Shown piece after piece: positions 12,055 to 23,914 of a stretch of DNA of 64,000 nt. The DNA is taken from the NCBI RefSeq assembly GCF_022045235.1, contig NW_027266270.1:27156001-27220000 (forward strand). The letters run 5' to 3'. Position numbers and translations under genes: made by a program. This DNA comes from Haliotis cracherodii (taxonomy: Eukaryota). Each line of letters starts with the position of its first letter. The first letter of the stretch is position 1. The notes under the pieces were generated by a model, which had not been told where the DNA came from, did no database searches, and saw nothing but the letters and a program-made list of their open reading frames with translations.

Positions 12055-13135
12055 TTTTTTCTCAGTACAGCTACTGAGGATTTAGTTATGTCTCTTCACT
12101 GTTGGGTGTTGGCATCCCACATAGGGCCATAACTTGAAAACCGTTCAATGTATTTCAACGAAACTTGGCATATGCATTACTCCTCAGCTGAATTGGTGCT
12201 TTTGCTATTTAATTATTTTGTATCAATCCCCCGTCCAACAAAGTTGGCGGGGAATATAGAAACAGGCTCCGTCCTTCCATCTGTCACGTTTCGTTTCCGC
12301 AGCATAACTCATAAACCCTTCAATATTTTTTCATGAAACTTTGCAGGTTTGTCAGGTACATGGTGAACTGGTGCCTTTTGCTATTTAGAAATTTTAGACA
12401 TTTTTATTTTTTACATTTCGATAGCAACAAGATGGACTTAGGTTCCAAACTCTTCTTTTTTTTTAGAATTTCCATGACAAGTTCCACCTCGGTTAAAAAA
12501 AGTTAGGGTTTGTTTAGATTTAATTATGTCATAAATTCTGCAACAGGGGCAGGGGATATAGCCATGTTAGTGGCAAATTGTTGTTGTTGTTTTTTTACAT
12601 TTCCATGGAAACAATTTCGACTTTGTCTCAAAAAAGGGTAGGGTTAGTTACTGGGCCATAACTTGAAATCCGTTCAACATGTTTTCAATGAAACTTAGCA
12701 TATGTATTGCTCATCTGCTGAACTAAACTAAATTTTATTTTGTAATATTTCCATGGAAACCATTTGGTCTCAAATGACTCAAGGCTTTGTTTCTGATCCA
12801 TAACTCTCAAACTAATGATTAATTTTGCATGAAGCTATACATGTGCAATGACCACATGCTCAAATATTGCCTTTTCATCTTTTTTGAAAAAGGTCTTTTA
12901 TATTTTCTTGCGTTTCCATGGAACCAATTTAGACCCATAAGTAACATTAGTTTCCTGCCACATCACTACAGCTAATTAATATTTCTGCATGAAACCATTA
13001 TCTTTACAGTGTATAATTTGCTATTACGTGTATTGTTTTTTTGGATTTGCAAACACATTTAGACTACAACTTTAACTAATGTATCAAAAAAAGGAGGGGG
13101 AGACATATGTTATTGACTATAAACACATTCTCATT
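12055..13135 (+). mobile_element. Helentron-associated (pearl/DINE-1-like) non-autonomous element with ~150-bp core repeats, outer copy
   Basis: Core motif gggccataact...gaaactt at about 12124, 12653 and 12795, and a 3' end ggagggggagacatatg near 13092. Confidence 0.6.
12216..12582 (+). mobile_element. Helentron-associated element, inner copy nested in a relative
   Basis: 5' subTIR atcccccg with nearby inverted repeat cggggaat, a ccgtcc microsatellite-like linker, 3' subTIR ggggatat, terminal stem-loop gcca-tgttag-tggc, and T-rich flanks. Confidence 0.7.
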
Positions 13136-13240
13136 TAAGATTGCCATCACTACTTTATCTGGGCCATCGGCACTACCATTCAAAGAACTCCATGTGCAGC
13201 TTATCTAATAGCTTTATTTCTGATAAATACTATGTTAGTA

Positions 13241-13404
13241 GAGTGAGGTGGGGTAGCCTAGTGGTTAAAGCGTTTGCTCGTCACGCCGAAGACCCGGGTT
13301 TGATTCCCGACGTGGGTGCAATGTGTGAAGCCCATTTCTGGTGTCCCCTGCCGTGATAGTGCTGGAATATTGCTAACAACAGCGTAAAACCATACTCATT
13401 CACT
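13241..13404 (+). mobile_element. SINE family A
   Basis: Near-consensus head, core and tail. Confidence 0.9.
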
Positions 13405-14019
13405 ATTAAAACTGAAATAAATTACATTATTCATATTTCCAAAAATCAGGTTCCAGAACTAGTTATTTATGAAAAAAAAGTATTTAAATCACATTTTTAA
13501 ACTAAATTATAAGAATATGTCTTTACAATTAATTAAATCACATAAGTGTTAGCTTCATGTTTTTTGTTTCGTAATTTTTAGCCACACAACTTAGGCTATG
13601 TAGCTAGAACTGCATGTGTTTTGAAGCCTGGCTATGATAAAGGGAGAGCTTATTACATTAGACATGGTAACCATTCACCAGGAAATTGTATGTGAGTCGT
13701 AGGAATCTCATTACGCTATTATAACAAACCTGGACATTATAATGAAGCCAGCTCACTTAATATAATACACATGGTAGCCCTGGTCAGGAAGTGGTTGGAG
13801 GTGGAAGATTTGTTGTTACAAAGTAGCAAGAAGGTCAGCTGTTTTATTGCCCTGCCTACTGGGCCTGATCTGGCCGAGGCAGAGCGACACATGTTTTAGC
13901 TGGGATTAAGAATGTTAGAGCAAGATTGAATGTCAGTGGGAGGGATATACAATCGGACTGATACACAAGCGTGAGATACTCAGTATTGTTCTTTGGGATC
14001 TACCTGCAGACACAGCCTT

Positions 14020-14436
14020 AAACATGAGTGAGTTTGTTGGCAGTTTCGTTTGATCATTTTACAAGTCATTGTATTTGGTTACTTTTTTCTTTTATTACAC
14101 TGAACCTGTTTACTTGGATACTGGGTATTTTAGAGTGGACCTACTGCAGACTTAGTTTTTACAAACTTTTGTTGTTTTACAAGTCTCTTTTTAAGTGACT
14201 TGTTATATATGGTGTTTATTACATTGAGACTGTTGACAAGGCTTTACTTGGTGTTATATGTGTGGATCTACTGCATATATAGGCTATATGAGATAGTTGA
14301 TATTTTTGTTTGATCGTTTTACAAGTCTCGATTGTAAGTGACTTGTTATAAATGGTGTTTATTACATTGAGACTGTTGACAAAGCTTATTGCTATTGTTG
14401 CTGCGGACATGTGTGACATGAGTTTGTTGGCAGTTT
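14020..14436. repeat. Degenerate ~143-bp tandem duplication
   Basis: aagtgacttgttata.atggtgtttattacattgagactgttgacaa occurs at 14193 and 14336, and tgagtttgttggcagttt occurs twice. Confidence 0.75.
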
Positions 14437-14723
14437 TTCCTCCCTGCCTTTTTCATCCCTTTTGTATTTCTTCATTTTTATTTATATATATTACCTTTAG
14501 CCTGCATGTGTAAATGTAACATCCCTACTTGTAAGTAAGCTATGTTCCAGCTGACAACTGTATATCCCAATTTCAGTCTCATTCATGCTTTCATTTGGAC
14601 TTATTTTTTTATAATTTGTGCATCATTTACATGGTTATATATACTTTTTTCACTTAATTTCTCATTCATCATTCATCCTACCTGTCACACTGAAAGCGTT
14701 AAGCAGGAGATGAAGGTCTGTGT

Positions 14724-14724
14724 C

Positions 14725-14773
<49 letters not shown>
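14724..14773. repeat. (CAGA)n microsatellite, possibly the 3' tail of a minus-strand LINE
   Basis: About 12 perfect units. On the minus strand AATAAA lies just upstream of (TGTC)n. Confidence 0.9.
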
Positions 14774-16529
14774 GGCGGACTTTATTCAGTATACATCAGG
14801 GATCCAGCCCCATTTTCATTATTAGTGTCAGTAATAAGACACGAATACAAACAAATTTATGATCTTTACAATGGAATAACAAAATGTACTAATTGATAAA
14901 TACTGATTTATAACATCTACAGTATCTCTGATTGTTTTTTCCTTTGAAAGAACCGAAGCATTTCTGTGTTCTGTTTTGAAGTTGGCATTCTCATTTTTCT
15001 CCACTGTCGGAGAGTGAACTGAATATTGCTCTCACTGTTATTTCTGTACACTCATATCTGCCGCACACTATCATTATAAATTAATATTCATTATCAGGAT
15101 GAACAATCCTTTGGATGGACTTATCGAGTTTATTAATTACTGATTTTTTTATTCCCATATCTCCACCATTCTCTGGTCATAAGGTGAATTTCAGATAGTT
15201 TTTTGGTTTCAAATTTCAGTAAAATGTATGTCTTATTATTTAATTTGGAAAATAAAACTGTGGAAAATAACTTATTTTAGTGTGGAAATTATCAGTTAAT
15301 TTACAGTGTGATTTGGACGAGAATATACTGTCTCAATAAGCAGTGAGGATGTGAACATCATCTGTCCTCAGATTGCAGGGGTTTGATTGAAGGACTTCAT
15401 GGACGGAGGGCTCAAATATAAATTTCCCTGGCTTTAGATTCTCAATAACATCTGTAAAAGTGAAAACATCTTTATCAACTTAAGTTGGTACTACTGTATT
15501 TAGTGCCCTGTTCCATGAAGTCTCCCTGACCAGCCTCTAGACCAATCCTAAGACCAGACATGAGTCTGTATTTTATTTGAATATTTTACAAATTTGTTTA
15601 AAAAGAATATCAGCTTAGGAGGGGTATGCAATTGCCCATTGACTATCATCAAAACAGGTTTAGTTTTATCAACATTTGAACAAAGTTCATTCACTACTGC
15701 TCAATCTCCGACAACAAAATTGAACTTGCTGTTTATGGTTTTAAAAAGCACCCCAATTTTCAAACACCCTGTGTGGTCACTACAGTGAATATGGTAATCG
15801 ATAACCTTCTTATTCTACAGGTTGCTTAGCACCTCTGGAACAGAATGATGACACATGCAGTGATGTCACCCAACAATGGATGATAAAACTGCCCTGTTTG
15901 TAGAATCCACTTGAAAACATATTACAGTGAAAGTTTTCTGACAAAATTTAGCTAAATTGAACAATTAATAGATTCAGATTTTAACATTTTTCACACTTTG
16001 CAATTGACAAAAAGGGGTATTTAGCAAAGTATACACATATCACTTGGACATGGTGAATAGTTCTAAAGATTTGCAGGCATCTTATTATGTCTATTCAGAC
16101 ATCATATTTTAACCTTCTAATTGCATGCAGCATTGAGTCACATTTGTTTAAAAATGTATTATATTCCTGAAAAAGATGTGCCCTGTTTTATACAAATGAA
16201 CAAATTGATATTCGATACTATATTTTTAAAGAGATGTCTTTTGTCATGTGTGTGATTTTAGTTCAGAACTGTAAATGTAATTATTCATTTGTTTCCTCAT
16301 GCCATGCCATGTGAATATAAAACTTATTTTGAAAGCAATACTATTGAAATATTGAATTCTGCGTCCTATGAATATTAACATCAATCACAAATCAATGGAA
16401 AATTAAAGAAAAAAGTTTTGATTTAATTAAACCAGCAGAACTTTGAACTGATATTATTCTATTTGGGGTCTACCTGAAACTGACAAACACTCACTTGTTA
16501 ACCTTGTCACATGTAGCACCTTAGACAGA

Positions 16530-18878
16530 CCCAAGTTACAGTAGGTCCAAGAACCATGTAACAGTAGGTCCCCAGCTCCATGCCCATGTTACAGTAGGTC
16601 CAAGAACCGTGTAACAGTAGGTCCTAGCTCCATGCCCTGGTTACAGTAGGTCCCCATCTCCATGCCCAAGTTACAGTAGGTCCAAGAACCATGTAACAGT
16701 AGGTCCTAGCACCATGCCCTTGTTACAATAGGTCCCCATCTCCATGCCCATGTTACAGTAGGTCCTAGCACCATGCCCTTGTTACAGTAGGTCCCCATCT
16801 CCATGCCCATGTTACAGTAGGTCCTAGCACCATGCCCATGTTACAGTAGATCCTAGCACCATGCCCATGTTACATTAGGTCCCCGGCTCCATGCCCATGT
16901 TACAATAGGTCCCCATCTCCATGCCCATGTCACAGTAGGTCCCCATCTCCATGCCCATTTTACAGTAGGTCCCCAGCTCCATGCCCATGTCACAGTAGGT
17001 CTCCATCTCCATGCCCATTTTACAGTAGGTCCCCAGCTCCATGCCCATGTTACAGTAGGTCCCCAGCTCCATGCCCATGTTATGGTAGGTCCCAGCTCCA
17101 TGCCCATGTTACAGTAGGTCCTAACACCATGCCCATGTTACAGTAGGTCCCCATCTCCATGCCCATGTTAAAGTAGGTTTTAACACCATGCCCTTGTTAT
17201 AGTAGGTCCCCATCTCCATGCCCATGTCACAGTAGGTCCTAGCACCATGCCCATGTTACAGTAGATCTTAGCACCATGCCCATGTTACAGTAGATCCTAG
17301 CACCATGCCCATATTACAGTAGGTCCCCATCTCCATGCCCATGTTACAGTAGATCCAAGAACCATGTAACAGTAGGTCCTAGCACCATGCCCATGTTACA
17401 ATAGGTCCCCATCTCCATGCCCATGTTACAATAGGTCCCCATCTCCATGCCCATGTTACAGTAGGTCCCCATCTCCATGCCCATGTCACAGTAGGTCCCC
17501 ATCTCCATGCCCATGTTACAATAGGTCCCGATCCCCATGCCCATGTTACGGTAGGTCCTAGCACCATGCTGATGTTACAGTAGGTCCCCATCCTCATGCC
17601 CATTTTACAGTAGGTCCTAGCACCATGCCCATGTCACAGTAGGTCCCCATCTTCATGCCCATGTTATAGTTGGTCCCCGGCTCCATGCCCATGTTGCAAT
17701 AGGTCTCCATGCCCATGTCACAGTAGGTTCCCATCTCCATGCCCATGTTACAGTAGGTCCCCAGTGCCATGCCCATGTTACAGTATGTCCTAGCACCATG
17801 CTGATGTTACAGTAGGTCCCCATCCTCATGCCCATTTTACAGTAGGTCCTAGCACCATGCCCATGTCACAGTAGGTCCCCATCTTCATGCCCATGTTATA
17901 GTTGGTCCCCGGCTCCATGCCCATGTTGCAATAGGTCTCCATGCCCATGTCACAGTAGGTTCCCATCTCCATGCCCATGTTACAGTAGGTCCCCAGTGCC
18001 ATGCCCATGTTACAGTATGTCCTAGCACTATGCCTTTGTTACAGTAGGTACCCATCTCCATGCCCATGTTACAGTAGGTCCTAGCACCATGCCCATGTAA
18101 CAGTAGGTCCCCGGCTCCATGCCCATGTTACAGTAGATCCTAGCACCATGCCCATGTAACAGTAGGTCCCCATCTCCATGCCCATGTTACAGTAGGTACT
18201 AGCACCATGCCCATGTTACGGTAGTTCCCCATCTCCATGCCCATGTTACAGTAGGTCCCCAGCTCCATGCCCATGTTACAGTAGGTCCCCATCTCCATGC
18301 CATGTCACAGTAGGTCACCATCTCCATGCCCATGTTACAGTAGGTCTCCAGTTCCATGCCCATGTAACAGTAGGTCCTAGGACCATGCCCATGTCACAGT
18401 AGGTCCCCAGCTCCATGCCATGTCACAGTAGGTCCCCATCTCCATGCCCATGTTACAGTAGGTCTCCAGTTCCATGCCCATGTAACAGTAGGTCCTAGCA
18501 CCATGCCCATGTTACAGTAGGTTCCCAGCTCCATGCCCATGTTACAGTAGGTCCTAGCACCATGCCCATGTTACAGTAGGTTCCCAGCTCCATGCCCATG
18601 GTACAGTAGGTCCTAGCACCATGCCCATGTAACAGTAGGTCCTAGCACCATGCCCATGTTACAGTAGGTTCCCAGCTCCATGCCCATGTTACAGTAGGTC
18701 CTAGCACCATGCCCATGTTACAGTAGGTTCCCAGCTCCATGCCCATGGTACAGTAGGTCCTAGCACCATGCCCATGTTACAGTAGGTCCTAGCACCATGC
18801 CCATGTTACAGTAGGTCTCCAGCTCCATGCCCATGTTACAGTAGGTCCTAGCACCATGCCCATGTTACAGTAGGTCTT
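16530..18878. repeat. 29/30-bp minisatellite, about 79 units, with a 232-bp higher-order duplication
   Basis: Units catgttacagtaggtccccatctccatgcc and catgttacagtaggtcctagcaccatgcc. Identical ORFs at 17594 and 17826 are offset by 232 bp. Confidence 0.97.
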
Positions 18879-18889
18879 GATTCACTTTG

Positions 18890-18990
18890 TGCCGTTGTAC
18901 CCTGTTGAATGTTGTTTATAATATCAACCACTGCTATTTACAGGCCGCCATGGAATACTGATGACCACACCATAAAACAAACAACAAACA
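18890..18990 (+). mobile_element. Diverged family B 3' body directly following the 30-bp array
   Basis: atatcaaccactg...tatttacaggccgcc...tggaatactgatga...taaaacaaacaacaaac parallels the family B 3' end. Confidence 0.65.
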
Positions 18991-19333
18991 TGTGGCATAT
19001 AGGCAATATATTACCCATGAAGATAGAATGTTTCTGATATTTTCACAAGTACAGTTAAGTAATTCTCTATTCTGATTGATGAATTGAAGTCTCAGTATTT
19101 TATTGTTGAAAAAATTTAATATGATTTGAACTTTGTTCAGGATGTCTCAAATTGATGTCATTTGAACAAAATGCTGCCTTCAGTGACGTTTATCTGTGGA
19201 GTTGACATTTCATACGGTTTTCCTCATTTTCCTTCTTGAAACATGAATGAGTAATATTTAGAATAACCTACTAAAAAGATCAGAATTACCCTATGTGAAT
19301 GAATGCTTGCCAAAGGCTCAGGACTTTATATTC

Positions 19334-19486
19334 GGGGCATTCGGGTAACCTAGTGGTTTAAGTGTTCGCTCATCATGCCGAAGACCCGGGTTCAATTCCC
19401 GACATGGGTACAATGTGTGAAGCCAATTTCTGGTGTCCCCTGCCATGATATAGCTGGAAAATTGCATAAAACCATACCCACTCACT
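19334..19486 (+). mobile_element. SINE family A
   Basis: Head, core and a shortened tail match the other copies. Confidence 0.9.
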
Positions 19487-19837
19487 ACACCATTTATTCA
19501 CTCAGGACAGATAAATTAAATTGGTAATGTGTAGTTCGTCATAGTTTTTCTGTAGATATCATTATACAGAGAAGTCGCTTGTTTTAACAAAGGTAATTCC
19601 CTCCCCAATGGGAAGCTCTGTGGCCTTGAGTATTCACAGATGCCTCATTCATCTCTGCTGTTTCAGTTCCAAGCCAGTCCATTTGAAAACAGGTTTCACG
19701 ATAATGAAACACAAGGCATCAGAGAGTACATTATTGTGTCTATAATCATCCAGGACATGTAGTGACCAGAGAATATAAAGGCCTGAACTAGCAAGGTTTC
19801 ACTCTGAAGCATGAGCAGTTCACGGAGTTGACCAACC

Positions 19838-20790
19838 GAATAGGTCCCCAGTTCCCCATGCTTGTCTCTCCTTGTTATTTCAGGACATATTAGGTCCCCA
19901 GTACCCCATGTTTGTCTCACCTTGTTATTTCAGGGCAGAATAGGTCCCCAGTTCCCCATTCTTGTCTCTCCTTGTTATTTCAGGGCAGAATAGGTCCCCA
20001 GTTCCCCATGCTTGTCTCTCCTTGTTATTTCAGGGCATAATAGGCCCCAAGTTCCCCATGCTTATCTCATCTGGTTATTTCAGGGCAGAATAGGCCTCCA
20101 GTTCCCCATTCTTGTCTCTCCTTGTTATTTCGGGGAAGAATAGGTCCCCAGTACCCCATGTTTGTCTCTCCTTGTTATTTGGGGCAGAATAGGTCCCCAG
20201 TTACCCATGCTTGTCTCTCCTTGTTATCATGGGCATAATAGGTCCCCATTTCCCCATGTTTGTCTCTCCTTGTTATTTGGGGCAGAATAGGTCCCCAGTT
20301 ACCCATGTTTGTCTCTCCTTGTTATTTGGGGCAGAATATGTACCCAGTTACCCATGTTTGTCTCTCCTTGTTATTTGGGGCATAATAGGTCCCCATTTCC
20401 CCATGTTTGTCTCTCCTTGTTATTTGGGGCAGAATAGGTCCCCAGTTACCCATGTTTGTCTCTCCTTGTTATTTGGGGCAGAATAGGTACCCAGTTACCC
20501 ATGTTTGTCTCTCCTTGTTATTTGGGGCAGAATAGGTCCCCAGTTACCCATGTTTGTCTCTCCTTGTTATTTGGGGCAGAATATGTACCCAGTTACCCAT
20601 GTTTGTCTCTCCTTGTTATTTGGGGCAGAATAGGTCCCCAGTTACCCATGTTTGTCTCTCCTTGTTATTTGGGGCAGAATAGGTCCCCAGTTACCCATGT
20701 TTGTCTCTCCTTGTTATTTGGGGCAGAATAGGTACCCAGTTACCCATGTTTGTCTCTCTTTGATATTCCAATCCAGAATACGTCCCCAGT
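19838..20790. repeat. 50/49-bp minisatellite, about 19 units
   Basis: Unit gaataggtccccagttccccatgcttgtctctccttgttatttcagggca, with 50-bp units first and 49-bp units after. Confidence 0.97.
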
Positions 20791-20793
20791 GAG

Positions 20794-20972
20794 AACATAG
20801 AGTGATGTCGGACCAAGTACTTTAGCTTCGCACAAATAACATAGTTTGATGTCGTACCAAGTACTTTAGCTACCCAGAAATAACATAGAGTATTGTTGGA
20901 CCAAGTACTTTAGCTACCCAGAAATAACATAGAGTATTGTTGGACCAAGTATTTTAGCTACCCAGAAATACC
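20794..20972. repeat. 44-bp minisatellite, 4 copies
   Basis: aacatag...ccaagtactttagc at 20794, 20838, 20882 and 20926. Confidence 0.93.
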
Positions 20973-21272
20973 ATGAAACAGCATACTGGGTATGTTAAGA
21001 AAGTGACTAACTAACATTTTTTATGTGAGGGATAATATGTGTTTTTTGGAAACACTCTTGCAGTCCATTTGTTTCATTTATGTGACTGTAACCCATTTGT
21101 TCTGAACAGCTTGCATGCAATCTGTCAATTGATTTAATCGATCTGGGCGAAAAATTGTGGATATTCTTTTAACTTTGGATATACAATTAACTTTGTTCTT
21201 TCTGTTTCTGTACCCTGGGAACAGATGTTTTCATTTCTCATATTCAAACCGGTTGGCCACATGTTAAACAAT

Positions 21273-21660
21273 CCTGGGATACTGGGATAGAATAGGTCTC
21301 CAGCAACCTATGCTGATCATACTAAGGGGATTCTGGGCTAGAATAGGTCCCCAGCAACCTATGCTACTCTGGGGATTCTGGGTTAGAATGGGTCCCAGGC
21401 AACCTATGCTGATTATACTATGGGGATTCTGGGCTAGAATAGGTCTCCAGCAACTTATGCTGATCATATTGTGGGGATTCTGGGCTAGAATAGGTCCCCA
21501 GCAACCTATGCTGATCATACTATGGGGATTCTGGGCTAGAATAGGTCCCCAGCAACCTATGCTACTCTGGGGATTCCAGGCTAGAATAGGTCCCCAGCAA
21601 CCTATGCTGATCATACTATGGGGATTCTGGGCTAGAATAGGTCCCCAGCAACCTATGCTT
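21273..21660. repeat. 51/45-bp minisatellite, 8 units, each a copy of the family B head
   Basis: Unit tggggattctgggctagaataggtccccagcaacctatgct plus a spacer, with spacings 51, 45, 51, 51, 51, 45, 51. Confidence 0.95.
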
Positions 21661-21894
21661 GAAATCAGGTGATGGTAACAAGATAGTGCCTGATCGACTT
21701 GTCTCGCTCGGCGAGTCATTAATTATCACCATAAAATTAACAAGACATGGTCATTTGGCCATCCAAGTGTTAACAGAAATAAATGTTCTCAAAGGTAAAA
21801 CTTAATTTTAGTGTTTTTGGATTGTTATTAGGCACGTAATGAGAAATACTTCTGAGGGTCTTGAAAACCCATAACACAAGGATACTATAAAGTA

Positions 21895-22441
21895 CAGTGT
21901 TCCCTCGTTGTTGCACTCTTCAATTTAGTGCTAACTTGGTTATAGCGCACGGTAAAGCATGGCTCCCCAAATTTACTAACATTTTCAATAAACTCAAGTT
22001 TTCCAAAGACACAATGTTTTACCCCATCTCAGAAAACATTATCTGCTGATCTAGCCTTTGAGAGCAGGAAATACATTTTAAATGGTAAATCTTCATGTCT
22101 AGTGATGTTTTATATCAAACTTCATACTTTTATTGACCAACTTTGTTATAGATCTACCTGCTTATTCACTTGAAGGGATACGATGTGATTTTTGTTTTTT
22201 TTAAAGCGCATATCAATACTCGACAAATCTTTTTTTACACATGTGTTATAAATAATGTCTATTCTAATCTTTTTTGAAACTCTGAAACGTGCAACGTAGA
22301 TCGTGTTAGGTAGGCAGAGTATGTATACTGTTTTGTTGGTCATCTACCACCTACGATTCGACCTTCGTTAAACCGCTGATCATCTATATCGCTCATCAAT
22401 TATTTGGACCCCGAAGGTGGCGTTTTAACGAGGGATCACTG
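21895..22441. mobile_element. Tc1/mariner (pogo/Tigger-like) non-autonomous element, 547 bp
   Basis: TIRs cagtgttccctcgtt and aacgagggatcactg, with TA on both sides. Confidence 0.8.
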
Positions 22442-22794
22442 TATATGAGCTTCTAATTACATGAATCAAGTTTGCTATGACTGCCAACTGGCCAGAACCT
22501 GGGCCCTATTTAAGGAGATGTACAGTCTAAATATGGAATTAGATCATTTAAAAGCATATTAAATCAAGTATCTTGAAGAAATTTTGTTTTAAAGTCAATT
22601 AATTCCTGAAGCCAAAAAACATTAAAAACCGACTTATATTGGAAACTACCAAGTCTTAATGAGCATAAATGTCATCACTAGACCTGACGTCACAGTGAAG
22701 AGTTTACTTGCAGAATCCCTGTTGCTGTATCTTGTTTAGACTAACATTTAGTCTCTGAAATCTCAAATTACACAATATCCTTCTTGACTCTAAA

Positions 22795-22924
22795 TCGTCA
22801 CGCTGAAGACCTGGGTTCGATTCCCGACATGGGTACAATGTGTGAAGCCCATTTCTGGTTTCCCCCGCCGTGATATTGCTGGAATATTGTTAAAAGCGGC
22901 GTAAAATCAAACTCATTCACTCAC
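22795..22924 (+). mobile_element. SINE family A, 5'-truncated
   Basis: Starts within the anticodon region and has a TSD tctt(g/t)actctaaa. Confidence 0.92.
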
Positions 22925-23914
22925 TCTTTACTCTAAAAATAAAAAAAATTCCCTGTGGAATAGAGCTAGCTTGAGCTGGTTAGACTTGCTTTTGTATGCG
23001 TTTCTAGATTATATTTTTTTTTCATAAAATAAATATATTCCACGGTCATGGTGCAGGACTATGTCTTGTTCAGTAGAGTACTACAATACACCATGGCAAC
23101 ACTAGATCCCCAAATCATATAGATTATTGCACTGTAAACAAAGTAAAATGGCGTACAGTTCGGCCTACAGCCAGGATTTTGATATGCATATGCGATGGTG
23201 GATGGATCAGGGCAGTTGTATGTTTCTTTTAGATACCAATGGAATCACATATGGCTTTTTGAGGGGTGTAAATACGTACTTTGTATGACTACTAAACATG
23301 CTTTTAGACGTTTTGATTCAAAAGATCTTTAAATGATGCTCAAACGCTAAATCAATGTCACTCACTTTGAACAAGCAGTATATGCACCACACTTTCAAAA
23401 TGTTTGTTGAAAGTCCGAGGAATCTTATACATGCAAGCGTGACTGTTTTTGTAACCACTGATAGCAACCTATTCCTTGCATATTTCACAATGGCCACCAT
23501 GATTGGAGAAAGGTCACTTCAGACTGGTGTTTGTCAGTTATGGTTACTGGTGTTTTCCTTCCCACGTAGCTTGTTGTTCCATGTTGGTGGCATGGCTGCA
23601 TCATGCTGTTAGGATCCGGAGTCACCCATGTCCATAGACTTTGGCTCAGTTGCAAAGAAAGAGAAATATTTAGACACGTTTTGTGTTATATTTCTCTGTT
23701 GGTTGAAGACATGTTTTTTGTAATATATCTGTCTTTTTGGAAACTGAAATGTGAACCTTTGTGCTTCTCTTGTATGGTTTCAGTTTGTGTTGTAAATTTC
23801 TTACTTCTTACAAGCCAAAATTATCTGAGACATTGCTGACAGACATGAAGTATCCCAAAAGAAAAAGAAAGTACAAATAATTCTTTAAAGGACCTCCAGT
23901 TTTTTTTAATTTCA

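Noticed and set aside
16853-18067. MGME/TWAW repeat ORFs
   Set aside because: Mixed 29- and 30-bp units change frame repeatedly.
19838-21660. CRISPR-like appearance of regularly spaced repeats
   Set aside because: There are no unique spacers and no cas genes, and the context is eukaryotic. These are head-to-tail tandem repeats.
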